DNA from: Octopus bimaculoides
Lineage: Eukaryota
Assembly (NCBI RefSeq): GCF_001194135.2
Contig: NC_068993.1
Location: 25,170,293-25,210,833 of the forward strand
DNA: 40,541 nucleotides
Direction: 5' to 3'
Shown: one piece after another, positions 25,217 through 37,440 of the stretch
How the letters are laid out: each line of letters starts with the position of its first letter
Numbering within the stretch: position 1 is the stretch's first letter
Translations under genes and position numbers: made by a program
The notes under the pieces: model-generated
What the model was told of the DNA's origin: nothing
Database searches by the model: none
What the model saw: the letters and a program-made list of their open reading frames with translations, nothing else

Positions 25217-26202
25217 GTAAGTGTTGCATTATGCATTTCTACAAGGTCATTCTTTAAACCAGCACTGAACAACTATTTAAAAGTCATTCCAGCCATGACT
25301 ATGCCATTTTAAAAATTTTGTTAGGCTTAGTTTATTCCAAACTAGATTATCTTTTATGGCCTTGATTAAGATGTAGGGTGTGGTTCAAGTCTCATTTGAC
25401 CTGCTATTTCTAGTTGGTTAACCAACAGCATACAAGTATTTTTTGTTGTCTCATATCAAAGTGTTTTTTTACAAATTATGATTATTAAAACTTCTGGCTG
25501 TTATTAAAAATTCGTAATAAGGATTCAAATCTTTTTTAGGGTAAGTGGGTGTAGTCAGTTTAATTGTCTCCAGTATTTAACAGGTACTTACTTATTTAAG
25601 CTAAGGATTGGATGATAAATCACATTCCCACGTTATTTGACCTCAAAATGTAGAAGATGTAACATAATTTCTCTGTCTCATTACTGATTCTGTCTTCCAC
25701 AATAAGGAAATGGTTAAAGATTTTTATCAAATAATATTAATAATAATAACTAGCAGGTCTCATGGAAATTCCACTTTTTCTTTTTTGAAGCATTAACTTA
25801 TAGATCTCCATTGCATTATTTATTATGTTAAAGATTTTCATTATGTCTGGTTTTGTTCCATAGCTAATTAAGCTTCTTAAAAATATAACACTTGAATTTA
25901 TGTGAAGCTGAATAATAATAATATAAATAAACACAATATTTTTTGTTATTCAGGCTTAAAGTCTAGAGTATTTGGGGGGAAAGAACATAGGAACTGATGA
26001 ATTTAATAGTTTTTGGAACTGATTTTACGAGAACTCAACATGGCACCATTGAAGTTTCACTAGAAGAAATTAAAAGAAAGTAGAATATGAAATTAGAAAT
26101 TAATAACATTAAAATTTTTTTAAAGATCAATATGATGCAAAAGGAAACTAAACATTTATCAATTGAAACTTAAGTAGATTTTTATTGATTAGGGAATATG
26201 GT

Positions 26203-26340
26203 AATGTGGTTAAGAAGTTCACTTCCAGTCATGTGATTTCAGTTCAATCCCACTGCACAGTCCTTTGTATGTCTTCTGCTATAGCCCCGAGCTGACAAAT
26301 ACCTTTTTGGTGGACAGGAACTGCAGTTAATCCATTGTGT
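26203..26340 (+). mobile_element. Degenerate tRNA-derived SINE head
   Basis: ggtaatgtggttaagaagttcacttcc...cagttcaatcccactgcac...gtcttctgctatagcccc. Confidence 0.6.
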
Positions 26341-26631
26341 GTGAATGTTGATAGTCCTCACTTGTCGTTGCTTGAGTGAAACAATGATACTGTTGACATT
26401 CCTTGTTGATGTTATGAGTGATTTCCCTGTACTTTCAAAGATATCTGGAATAAAGATATGTTCTTGAAATACAGTTCTATATTTAAGAGATGAGGAATTA
26501 TGTACATTATTTACATTTGACGGATATACCCTCCAGCCTTCTTCAGGTGTCTTGGGGAAATTTCGAACCTGGGTTCCCATTCCTAAGGTATTCTTCGATG
26601 TTGTTGTTATTAATATTATTATTATTATTTT

Positions 26632-27639
26632 ATGTTTGACTTTTGTTTTGCATTTGTACAAGTTGGATCCAAATCTCACCCAGAGACCTCAAGAGACAAC
26701 AAGTTAGAAGTTCATGTAGGTGTTATGCCTAGGGTACCATATATTTGGATTTGTACAGTTTTGTTCTAGTGAATGTTTAAGCAACCATAAGAAAATTATG
26801 TGTTTGTTTTAAAATTTGAGATCACATAGACAGTATTTTACGTAGGATATNNNNNNNNNNNNNNNNNNNNNNNNNNNNNNNNNNNNNNNNNNNNNNNNNN
26901 NNNNNNNNNNNNNNNNNNNNNNNNNNNNNNNNNNNNNNNNNNNNNNNNNNNNNNNNNNNNNNNNNNNNNNNNNNNNNNNNNNNNNNNNNNNNNNNNNNNN
27001 NNNNNNNNNNNNNNNNNNNNNNNNNNNNNNNNNNNNNNNNNNNNNNNNNNNNNNNNNNNNNNNNNNNNNNNNNNNNNNNNNNNNNNNNNNNNNNNNNNNN
27101 NNNNNNNNNNNNNNNNNNNNNNNNNNNNNNNNNNNNNNNNNNNNNNNNNNNNNNNNNNNNNNNNNNNNNNNNNNNNNNNNNNNNNNNNNNNNNNNNNNNN
27201 NNNNNNNNNNNNNNNNNNNNNNNNNNNNNNNNNNNNNNNNNNNNNNNNNNNNNNNNNNNNNNNNNNNNNNNNNNNNNNNNNNNNNNNNNNNNNNNNNNNN
27301 NNNNNNNNNNNNNNNNNNNNNNNNNNNNNNNNNNNNNNATATTACCCAGTGAATATATTGTGCAGCTCTATCATGCCTGTTGAGATACTCTGTAGGCGCA
27401 AGCAGACTGCACATGGAGACAACATGATCGATGGTCTCATTTTGTTGTTGGCATATACAACATAATGGGGAGCTGCCGTTCTTTAATATGTTGGCCTGGT
27501 AGTTCTTTGTAGGTAGGCATTGATCTTGGGCTGCTATGATAAACCCCTCTGTTTCTGATTTCGAGCCAGAGGCCATTAACCATTGATGGGTAAGGGCTTT
27601 GTCAATATCTGCATTATTCGCTCTCTTTGGGTATTTGCC
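26632..27639 (-). mobile_element. 3' fragment of an RLE-type non-LTR retrotransposon (R4/Dong-like)
   Basis: SETEGFIIAAQDQCLPTKNYQ...C(C)ICQQQNETIDHVVSMCSLLAPTEYLNRHD (CCHC knuckle region preceding the RLE). The middle is an N gap; (TAA)n-type runs flank both ends. Confidence 0.82.
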
Positions 27640-27671
<32 letters not shown>

Positions 27672-30080
27672 TCACTGCTTGGAATCCAACACGGAATCTT
27701 GGAGTTAGTAGCTCGTGCTCTTAACCACTATGCCATATACCCATGGGCAATTATGGAGTGAATTTTAAGGCTTATAAGTCTAATATTTTTCTATCCTTCC
27801 TTAATACCGGTTCCCATCTGCTACTCATATCTGCACTTGGTCTGCTTAGGAGGTTGTTGTGTCCTAGCATATGTGCTGCTTGTTTTAGTTTTCATATTTT
27901 CCAGTGGTGTTCTATTTCTATTATTTTAACTTCATCCCACAGGGGAAGGTGGTCTCCATTTTTCCATACATGATCAGCTATACCCGATTTATCAATATCT
28001 CTTCGTGTCACAGCTTTGTGATGTTCGTCTACCCTCATTTTGAGGGGAGCGGCATGTTTTGCCTTTGTATAACCTACCACAGCTGCATGGGATGGAGTAC
28101 ATGCAGTCTTTGGTCATATTCTCTTCTATTGGTGGTTTTACTCGAAGGAGATATTTGCGAAGTGTTGTATTACTGTTGAATACTGTCCTGATGTCATATG
28201 GGCCGCTTATCTTTTGTATCTCTACGGAGAGGCCTTTCACATAGAGTAGACAGACTGCACACAGTAACAACCGTTGGAAAAAACATCAACTAAATAACAA
28301 AATCGAAGACAGGTTATCTTCACTACTTACAAAAATAACCAGAGATGATGATAGAAATAGAATCCAGCAAGATCTGGAAAAGTCGTACATGAAAGAATAT
28401 GAAATGGTGAAGACATGCCAGATTAAGAAGTTTATGAAACTCAAAGGTCAGAGAATGAAGACTGAAATCCGTCACCCACCCGTGAAAGCAGTAATTAATG
28501 TAACAAGGATCACTTTATGCCAATGAAGTACAGACAACTGACTCAACACTACAGTAAACTACCACACATGTACAGTCTTCCTAAGAATCACAAGGATGAT
28601 ATTCCATTAAGACCTATAGTGAGCTGTAGAGGTTCAGCATGTCATAAACTGAGCCGCTTCCTTGTGGATATAATCAGTCCATTAGCAGGAAAGTCAACAT
28701 TGTACATGAAGAATTCCACCCACTTCACAGAATCGATCAAGGATATTCCCATTGAATCCAACCAGATGGTGAGTCTAGATGCGATAAGTCTGTTCACCAA
28801 AGTCCCAACTGGTGAAGCACTATTGGTGATACAAGAAAAGCTAGTGACAGGCAGCCATCTAAAAGAATGCACTAGTATACCAATAAGAAACTTGATGCAA
28901 ATGTTGACCTTCTGTGTAGAAACTACCTACTTCAGTATGGACACTGATATATATCGACAAGAAGAGGGTTTAGCTATAGGTTCGCCATTATCACCGATAA
29001 TAGCCAATATATACATGGAATTTGGCTTTAGGATCAACACCACTAAAACCAACCCTATGGCTGCAATATGTTGATGACACCTTTATATTCTGGCCCCACC
29101 AAGAATATGTCCGAGTGCTGTTAGATCAAGTGAACTCAATAAAGCCATCCATACAGTTCATAATGGAAAAGGAAAAAGACGATCAGCTGGCATTCCTGGA
29201 TTTATTAATAACATGCACCAAGTATGGATTCAGGACATCCGTATACTGCAAGCCAACCTTTACTGGATGATACCTCAATTTCAATTTCCACCATCCATAC
29301 AGTGTAAAGAGGGGGATTGTTCAGTGCCTAAAGCATTGTGCAACGAATATAAGTAGCGATCATGATACACACCACGAAGCAATGATCAAGCACAATAACG
29401 ATCTGTTAAGCAACAACTATCCCAAAAGTATACTAGCCACCCTAATTATGAAGAAGAGAGAGGATAAGGCCAATAAACTGTCCACAGTCTGTCTACCCTA
29501 TGTGAAGGTCTCTCCGAAAAGATACAAAAGATATGCAGCCCATATGACATCAGGAAAGTATTCAACAGTAATACAGCACTTCGCAAATATCTCCTTCGAG
29601 TAAAACCACATGACCAAAGACTGCGTGTACTCCATCACATGCAGCTGTGGTAGGTTATACAAAGGTGAAACATGTCGCCCCCTCAAAATAAGGGTAGACG
29701 AACATTGCAAAGCTATGACACGAGGAGATATTGATATATCGGGCATAGCTGATCAAGTATGGAAAAATGGAGACCACCTCCCCATGTGGGATGAAGTTAA
29801 AATAATAGACAGAGAACACCACTGGAAAATACGAAAACTAAAACAAGCAGCACATGTGCTAGGACACAACAACCTCCTAAGCAGACCAAGTGCAGATATG
29901 AGTAGCATATGGGAACTGATATTAAGGAAGAATAGAAAAATATTAGATTTATAAGCCCTAAAATTCACTCCATAATTGCCCACAGGCATATGGCATAGTG
30001 GTTAAGAGCACAGGCTACTAACTCCAAGATTCCGTGTTGGATTCCAAGCAGTGACCTGAATAATAATAATAATAATAATA
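27640..30080 (+). mobile_element. Penelope/Poseidon-type retroelement with an inverted copy of its 3' region at the 5' end
   Basis: RT motifs YSLPKNHKDDIPLRPIV, VSLDAISLFT, GLAIGSPLSP, YVDDTF and FLDL; GIY-YIG VYSITCSCGRLYKGET. 27640-28266 is the reverse complement of about 29477-30080. Confidence 0.92.
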
Positions 30081-32857
30081 TCTTTACATAATTATATAAG
30101 TTAAATAGGAAGTTATTTTCACAATGTTTCTTTAATTAATTAAAAAAATGTAAAAAGAGAATAAAATATTGAAACAAGATGTAAGACAAAATCAAACTTC
30201 CTCAGAATATGAACACAAGAAAGAGACAGGTTAATCTAAATATAATTCTTGTTTAACTCCTGTCACAGCTGACTGAACAAACCTATGATCAAATTCATTC
30301 CATCTATGACCATCCCATTTTTTAGAATATGTCTAGAACTACATTTGCAATATATACTTTCATTTCTTGGGATAAAGAGATCTTACTGTTATTTATAGCA
30401 GAGGCTCCCTCAGCTTGACCTAAATATAGTAAAGTATTTAGGTGTATTTTTGGCAGTTTTGAATGACCTCATTATGAGTATAGATTTATGTGTGAGTTTT
30501 GTTATAGAAATGTCTTAAATAGATATTTCCTATTTTGTATAGAGCTGTTGCATTTATTGTTGCATTTCATGACAATATACATGTTTTTCTGTCATCTCAT
30601 TGTAACTTTGACCGTCCCAATTTATTTTCTGTCATATTATATCATGAACTGTAATATGATAAGTGCCCTTCTTTTAATATAGCAGGATGTAGTTTGAAGG
30701 AGATTTAGTTGTTCAGTCAAACAGAAGTTTAATTGAAATTATTCATTGGCTCATAATTGAAGATGATTGTAATAATAATTTATTACATGTTGGAGTAAGG
30801 TAATAAATTTGCAAGCATTAGAGTATAGCTAGTTGAATTTCTCCACAACATCCCTAAGAAGAAATGCAAAGTCATCTGGTTTCAGAACTCTATCAAAAGA
30901 GACAGTTAAGACTAAATATTGTGAGTGAATTAGTCATCCTTAATCTAGGCTTAATGAAAATCTCTTAAAAGAATATTTAAATACCACAATGGAAGTTTAC
31001 TTTAGGGTTCATTAATCTGTGTCATTAAGAAATCAAGGGTAAGGTGCATGGATTTTGTCATTGGACTAATTGAAATTACCTAACTGAATAATTGTGTTGT
31101 CACTTTATCTTATCATTCAGTGTTTACTCTCTCTCTCTCTCTCGCCAAAACTCACTTATGTACCTGTCTAGCCATAAAAATATTTAAAGTTTCTTCTTTT
31201 CACTCGCTGTGTGAGAGCATGTATGTAATGGGGAAAAGAGGTAATTTTTGCAAGATAAGTGTCAGATTTTGATTGAGGCATAACTGGTTAAGGGCTTCTA
31301 CTCAGCCAAGTAATATTCAGTCAACAATTAAGTGAAGCAAATAGTTTAATAAGTTTTTCCCTAAATAAATAGTACTGCCTCTATAGTATCTTTGAACTTT
31401 GGGGGTACAGGTACAACATGAATTTTCTGAGACCTTTGGTTTCAAAACTTTTCTAGATTCCTGATTTTCCAAACCAGGGTTGGTCATTTCTAAATTAAGC
31501 AAATATTAAATTTACTTCAATAATTAAATGAAATATATTAGTATGAATGATAGTTTATTTATACTGTACTGTGCAAAGTACCAGTAAACTAGTCTGGTGA
31601 CCATGAGAGTTTAAAGTTCCTGTTTATAAATTCGTAGAAATTATAAGTGGTGCCAGACCATCAGTGTTCAAAAAGTTGGTATTGTACATGTAAACATAAC
31701 ACCATCACCTGGCTTGGCCAAGTGTCTGATCTGAGGATAACTTCCTCTCATCAATCATGGAGGCCCTGGAAAATGTCATCAGTGTTGTTCTTCCTCTTTT
31801 GACCAAGTCATAAGAACAAAATCAAAAAAAAAAATTTCCTGTGCATTTCATTCACCAATACAACCAATTTCTGTTTGCATAACAAAAACTTCTTGTTCGA
31901 CACAAATCCAAATATTTAATGGGTGGAGTTTAGTTGACTCAGTCAACCCAAGTATACCACTGGTATTATTTTATTAATTCTAGAAGTAATAAATAAAGTT
32001 ACCTTGAGCAGAACTTCAAAGTAGGTTGTACAAATATAAAACTAAATAATCAAATACATTTAGTTTGATCTTATGTGATTTCTGCCAATTTAACAAACAT
32101 TGTCTTAATTCAATAATCATGAGGTTTATTAAAAAAGTCCAAGCTTTTTAAGGAGTTATATAACTGCTTAAATCTACCTATGTCAATCGTCTTGTCAAAA
32201 AGAACCACTGAAGAAAGTATTAAAGTTTAATCTACTAGCAAGAATTTATTGGGGTTTCAATGTAGTCGTGCAAGTTTACAAACTCCCTGTTCATTAATGA
32301 GCTGGATTTACTAAGTGTATGATTCAGCAAGTGTTTAGGATCTTAGTTATGGACATTACATAGTGACAGTGGCAGAAAACTATCAGTTGATGCTCCTGGT
32401 ATTTAATGTGTCAGCCATGTAGGGATGTAAAAAATTGTTGGATTTCATAAAATTTAAAGCCAGGGGGATAGGGAAACCTAGCTCTAGTAAAGCTCTGAGT
32501 CTAATGTTACAATTTACATTAGCAATATCAGAAAAGGTGGATGATTAAAACTAAGCTTCAAAAGTTAGGAGCATTGGCAATTATTAGCCATGACATACTG
32601 TTAAATATTTGGTTTCAAGATTCGTTTGTATCAAATAACTGAAGCCAGTGTTTGCTAACTACCTTCAAATAGTCTTGTAATGGCAATTAGGTCTTATTAG
32701 GAAAATAAAAATGCTTGTTTCTTCAAAATATTAAATAAACATTATTAATAAGAAGTGACATCCAAATTAGCTAACATTAAACAAATCTCATAATAACCCT
32801 CATTACTTGCAAAATGTTGCCCTTAAAATTATTCTTTTGCATGGGTTTCTGTTCCAG

Positions 32858-32988
32858 CTTCTGTGATTTGGTTGAATAAGTATGTCAACCCTGAAAATAT
32901 ACCATTTGTACCATATGGAGACAGCGCACAATATAACTTGGGCCTCAGAGCTTTAATTGAGTTTTCCAAATACATTATTATTTTCCAG
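32858..32988 (+). CDS. ATP10: ATP10-like exon, exoplasmic loop to start of TM4 (A-SVIWLNKYVNPENIPFVPYGDSAQYNLGLRALIEFSKYIIIFQ)
   Basis: gttccag| acceptor and CAG|gtaatt donor; 131 nt, phase 1/0, bridging exactly the flanking exons; ends in the conserved IIxxQ. Confidence 0.9.
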
Positions 32989-33310
32989 GTAATTTCTTTT
33001 AATTATTGTTCCAAATTTAACAATTTTCTGCATATCTTTTTCAGTAATCAAACACTTTGTGTAATCAAACACCCTTTGTGTGTGTGTGTGTGATGAGCAG
33101 GCATAAATGCCCTTTCACTATCCCCACTTTGACCCTGCAGCACATCCAGTATGTGACAGCTGGAGGGAGAAAGAGCTGCACCATTATCTGGCCAACATTC
33201 ATAAAGCTGAGTTAACTTGAGCAATGTGATATGAAAGGCCTTGCTCGAAGACACATGTTAAACAGTCTAAGAATTGAGCCCACAACCTCATAAGCCAAAC
33301 ATTTTGACAT

Positions 33311-33390
33311 CCGGTTTCACCAGTCCTCAGTCAAATCGTCCAACCCATGCTAGCATGGAAAGTGGACGTTAAACGATGATGATGATGATA
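33311..33390 (+). mobile_element. Short young RTE 3' terminus followed by (TA)n
   Basis: ccagtcctcagtcaaatcgtccaacccatgctagcatggaaagtggacgttaaac(gat)n, nearly identical to 9808-9875. Confidence 0.8.
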
Positions 33391-34842
33391 TATATATATA
33401 TATATATATATATANNNNNNNNNNNNNNNNNNNNNNNNNNNNNNNNNNNNNNNNNNNNNNNNNNNNNNNNNNNNNNNNNNNNNNNNNNNNNNNNNNNNNN
33501 NNNNNNNNNNNNNNNNNNNNNNNNNNNNNNNNNNNNNNNNNNNNTTATCAATTAAATCAATCATATCGATCATGATGTAAGTTGCGTTACTCATGTCTTT
33601 TATAAACATTACCCAAGCCTGGAGACACTCGATTGAGCTAACCCTTTTAAGTGACATATAATGAAAAAGGGAAGAAATTTTCATTGGAGAGGAAAGTGCT
33701 GGTCCTTTCAACTGCCACCATAAATGCTTATTTAATTATTGTAGCCAAAAACCAAATCTAAATGGTCACACTCCCTGCAAAAAAAGAAGTCATGGGACTA
33801 TAATCTGCATTGTAACAGATGGCTAAAACATCCGACCCAAACTACATATTATTGATGAGAGGTGATAATATAAGACAGGCCAGTGAAACTATGCAGTCAG
33901 AAGTGGAGTGAAGTAAATAAAACTGTTTTTAAGCTTGGCATTTCATTGTAGCCATCACAGTTGATAATGAAGTACAGTTTAAAGGTCTACACTATAAAAA
34001 CAACAGAGACCAACAACAAGCTCACTGTGTTCATAGTTCAGCTTCTGTATGATCTGATGTATAAAAAAACTATCTGCAGATTAGCAGGTTATATGTCAAC
34101 CTTTTTCAAATCTCTTCACACACCCCAAGTGTTTTTATAATTCTGGTTATTACTCATCTTTAGCTAATAAACTAGGCCATCTAACCACCACCACCAATAT
34201 TACCATGACTATTTTGCTGCTACTTCTAGCAAGTCAAAGGATCCTATAGATATAACCTCATTGGTGATTTCTCCTGATGGTTTCATTTATAAAACAATGA
34301 ACAGATTCTGAAGCACCATGAAATACTTTCAAACAATGCACACACTGACTCTTCACTAGTTTATTCTTTGCTCAGAATACACACATACAAATGAGTCCTC
34401 ACAATCCCAAATATACAGTTACATATACATCACATGCACCATCAAAACAACATACATACATGCTTGGCAACACTCCTAGCAACATTCGACACAGAAAATT
34501 CAAACCAGTTTCAATAAAACTCATTGCAAGCATAGCAGAAGTGCAACAAACTTGTTTTGAGAAATTAATTTTAAAAAAAGCAAAGAAATTAGTAAATGTA
34601 TTATCTTTCACTGTACTTCAATATACCACAGAGTTTCTTCATTATTTTAACTGTTTCAATAAACAAAATCAGAGAAATCTATACAAATAAATAAGGTGGA
34701 TTTCATGTCAGCAAAAAACAAGAGGACGCTACAAAAATAAATTTGATTTTTTCTATCACATGTGGACTAATAGTTGAGTGAAGTTGGTGTATGTGTGAGT
34801 CAGAAAGATTTATTACTTACTTTTGCATTAAAACCATTTGGG

Positions 34843-36955
34843 CATATAATTAACCAGGTGATACATGAAGGGGTCATACCCAATGACTGGTGTAACAGCA
34901 CCATAGTCAACTGCTACAAAAGTAAAGGTGACGCCACAGATAGACAGGCGTATCACATTGTTGGATCAGGTGATGAAAGTCACTGAGAGTGTCGTAGACC
35001 AACTAATTAGGGAGAGAGTTTAGACGAGATGCAGTTTGGGTTTGTGCCAGGGTGAAGCACCACTGATGCTATATTTCTGGTAAGACAGCTGCAGTAGAAA
35101 TACCGAGCCAAAGATAAACCTCTATACTTGGCTTTTGTTGACATGGAGAAAACCTTCGACGGGGTTCTCCGATCCCTTATTTGGTGGTCAATGCAGAAAC
35201 TAAGGATAGATGAGTGGCTGGTGAGAGATGTACAATCCATGTTCAGGGATGCTACCAGTAAGGTGAAGGTTAGCAACTAGTTCAGTGAAGAATTCAGGGT
35301 ACAAGTAGGGGTTCACCAAGGATTGGTCCTTAATCCCCTCTTGTTCATTATAGTCCTTCAGGCAATAACAGAGGAATTCAAGATAGGCTGCCCCTGGAGC
35401 TCCTCTATACTAATGTCCTTGCTCTCATAGCTGAGTCACTATCAAAACTAGAGAAGTTTCAGGTGTGGAAGCAAAGATTAAAATCGAAGAGCCTTAGAGT
35501 TAACCTAGCAAAGACCAAAGTCTTAGTAAGTTGGAAGGTGGACAAATCACAAATCTCTTCAGGTAGATAGCCCTGCTCAATCTGTAGAAAAGGTATAGGT
35601 AAAAACTCCATAAGATGTACCCAGAGAAGATAGTTTTTGTGTGTGGAAGGTGCACAGGTACAATAAACACCAAAAATGTACAGAAAATAGATTCCATCAC
35701 ATGCCAGGGAAAAAAACTAGAAGTAGTCTATAACTTCTGTTATCTAGGTGACCAAGTCAGTAGTGGCAGTGGATACTATGAGAGCATAGCTGCTAGAATA
35801 AGAATAGGCTGGGAAAAGTTCAGAGAGCTCCTACCTCTACTGGTAGCAAAGAGCCTTTCGCTCAGAGTGAAAGGCAGTGTATGATGCCTGTGTGCGAACA
35901 GCCATGCTACACAGCAGTGAAACATGGGCTGTGATTGCTGAGGACATACGTAGGCTTGTAAGAAATGAGACTAGTATGCTCCACTGGATGTGTAATGTCA
36001 GTGTGCATGCATGATGGAATGTAAGCATCTTGAGAGAAAAGTTGGACATAAGAAGCATCAGATGTGGTGTGCAAGAGAACGACTGTGCTGATATGGTAAT
36101 GTGATGAATATGGATGAGGACAGCTGTGTGAAGGAGGATACCTGTGGAAGAGGTAGACGCAGGAAAACATGAGATGAGGTGGTGAAGTATGATCTTAAAT
36201 GTTGGACCTCGCAGAGGCAATGACAAACAACCAAGACCTTTGGAGATATGCTGTGCTTAGAAGACCCATCAAGCCAAGTGAGGTCGTAGCCTTGGCTGAT
36301 GCCAGTGTCACGTGACTGGCCCATTAAAAGCACCCTTCAATCATTGGGCATTATGCTGTGCTTGTAAAGACCTGTCGAGTGAAATCGCAGTTGTGGCAGA
36401 TTCTGGTGCCGTATGACTGGCACCTATGCTGGTGGTATATAAAAAGCGGCATTTGAGTGTTAGGCTTCATGGAGGCAGTAACGTCAAGCCAAATGAAATC
36501 AGAGTTGTGGTTGATGCCAGTGTCACATAACTGGGCTGTTGAAAGCAACCTTCAATCATTGGGCAATATGCTGTGCTTGTGAAGACCTGTCGAACCAAGT
36601 GAAATTGTAGTTGTGACCAATGCCAGTGCCATCTTACTGGCACCTGTGCCGCTGGCATGTAAAGAGCACTGTTTTAGCATCGTGACAGCTGACCAAGACC
36701 TTTGGTAATATACTGTGCATGTGTAAACCTGTCAAACCAAGTAAGACTGTAGTCATAGCTGATACTGCTGTCAGGTCATTTTTTACGTGCCCACTACAGT
36801 CTCAGAGTGGTTGGCATTAGGAAGGGCATCCAACTGTAAAAATCTTGCCAGGTCTGATTGGAACCTGGTGCAAATCCCTGGTTTACCAGTTTTCAGTCAA
36901 ACTGTCCAATCCATACCAGCATGGAAAGCAGATGTCAAATGATGATGATGTTGAT
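34843..36955 (+). mobile_element. 5'-truncated decayed RTE-clade LINE (RT, repetitive 3' UTR, (GAT)n tail)
   Basis: EGVIPNDW, LLDQVMKV, EMQFGFVPG, AFVDMEKTFD, GVHQG and FCYLGD peptides with stops and frameshifts; the ORF end resembles DLWRYAVL. Confidence 0.9.
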
Positions 36956-37440
36956 ATAAGTTACACAAAGGCCTTTCATGCTGACTTTGTGAAAGAGGAT
37001 AATAGTTAGCTCTTCCCATTTGAGATTGCAGTTGGCCACCTGTAGTGTCAGTTGGAAGAAATGAACGTTGGCATTTCTCAATTTAGCTGCAGGTGGTGAG
37101 ATATGTTGACAGGTTGCCAGTTGGTCACTTACTCTCTAAAGACAAAACTTCATTCTCTGTAAGGCTGAGAACTGGTTTATTGATATTACTGCACCTTAAC
37201 TTTGATTGGCTGGCAGCTGTAGCACTACTGTGCTACTACACCATATCGCACTAGCTTATCTGACTCACTACACACCATACAAAACATTCCTCTTCAGTTC
37301 TGTAGCCTACTAAAATTTCTTCTCAGTACACATTTTCCTTATGGACGTGGATATATTATAATTCCAAACGAATACCAGGCAAATCAATCTCAACAGTCTG
37401 CAAAAGCATCTAAAGACCATTTTCTGTGAGAAAACAGCAC

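Noticed and set aside
29985-30057. Functional tRNA gene
   Set aside because: No acceptor stem, mismatched B box, and embedded in both arms of a retroelement; treated as a tRNA-derived module.
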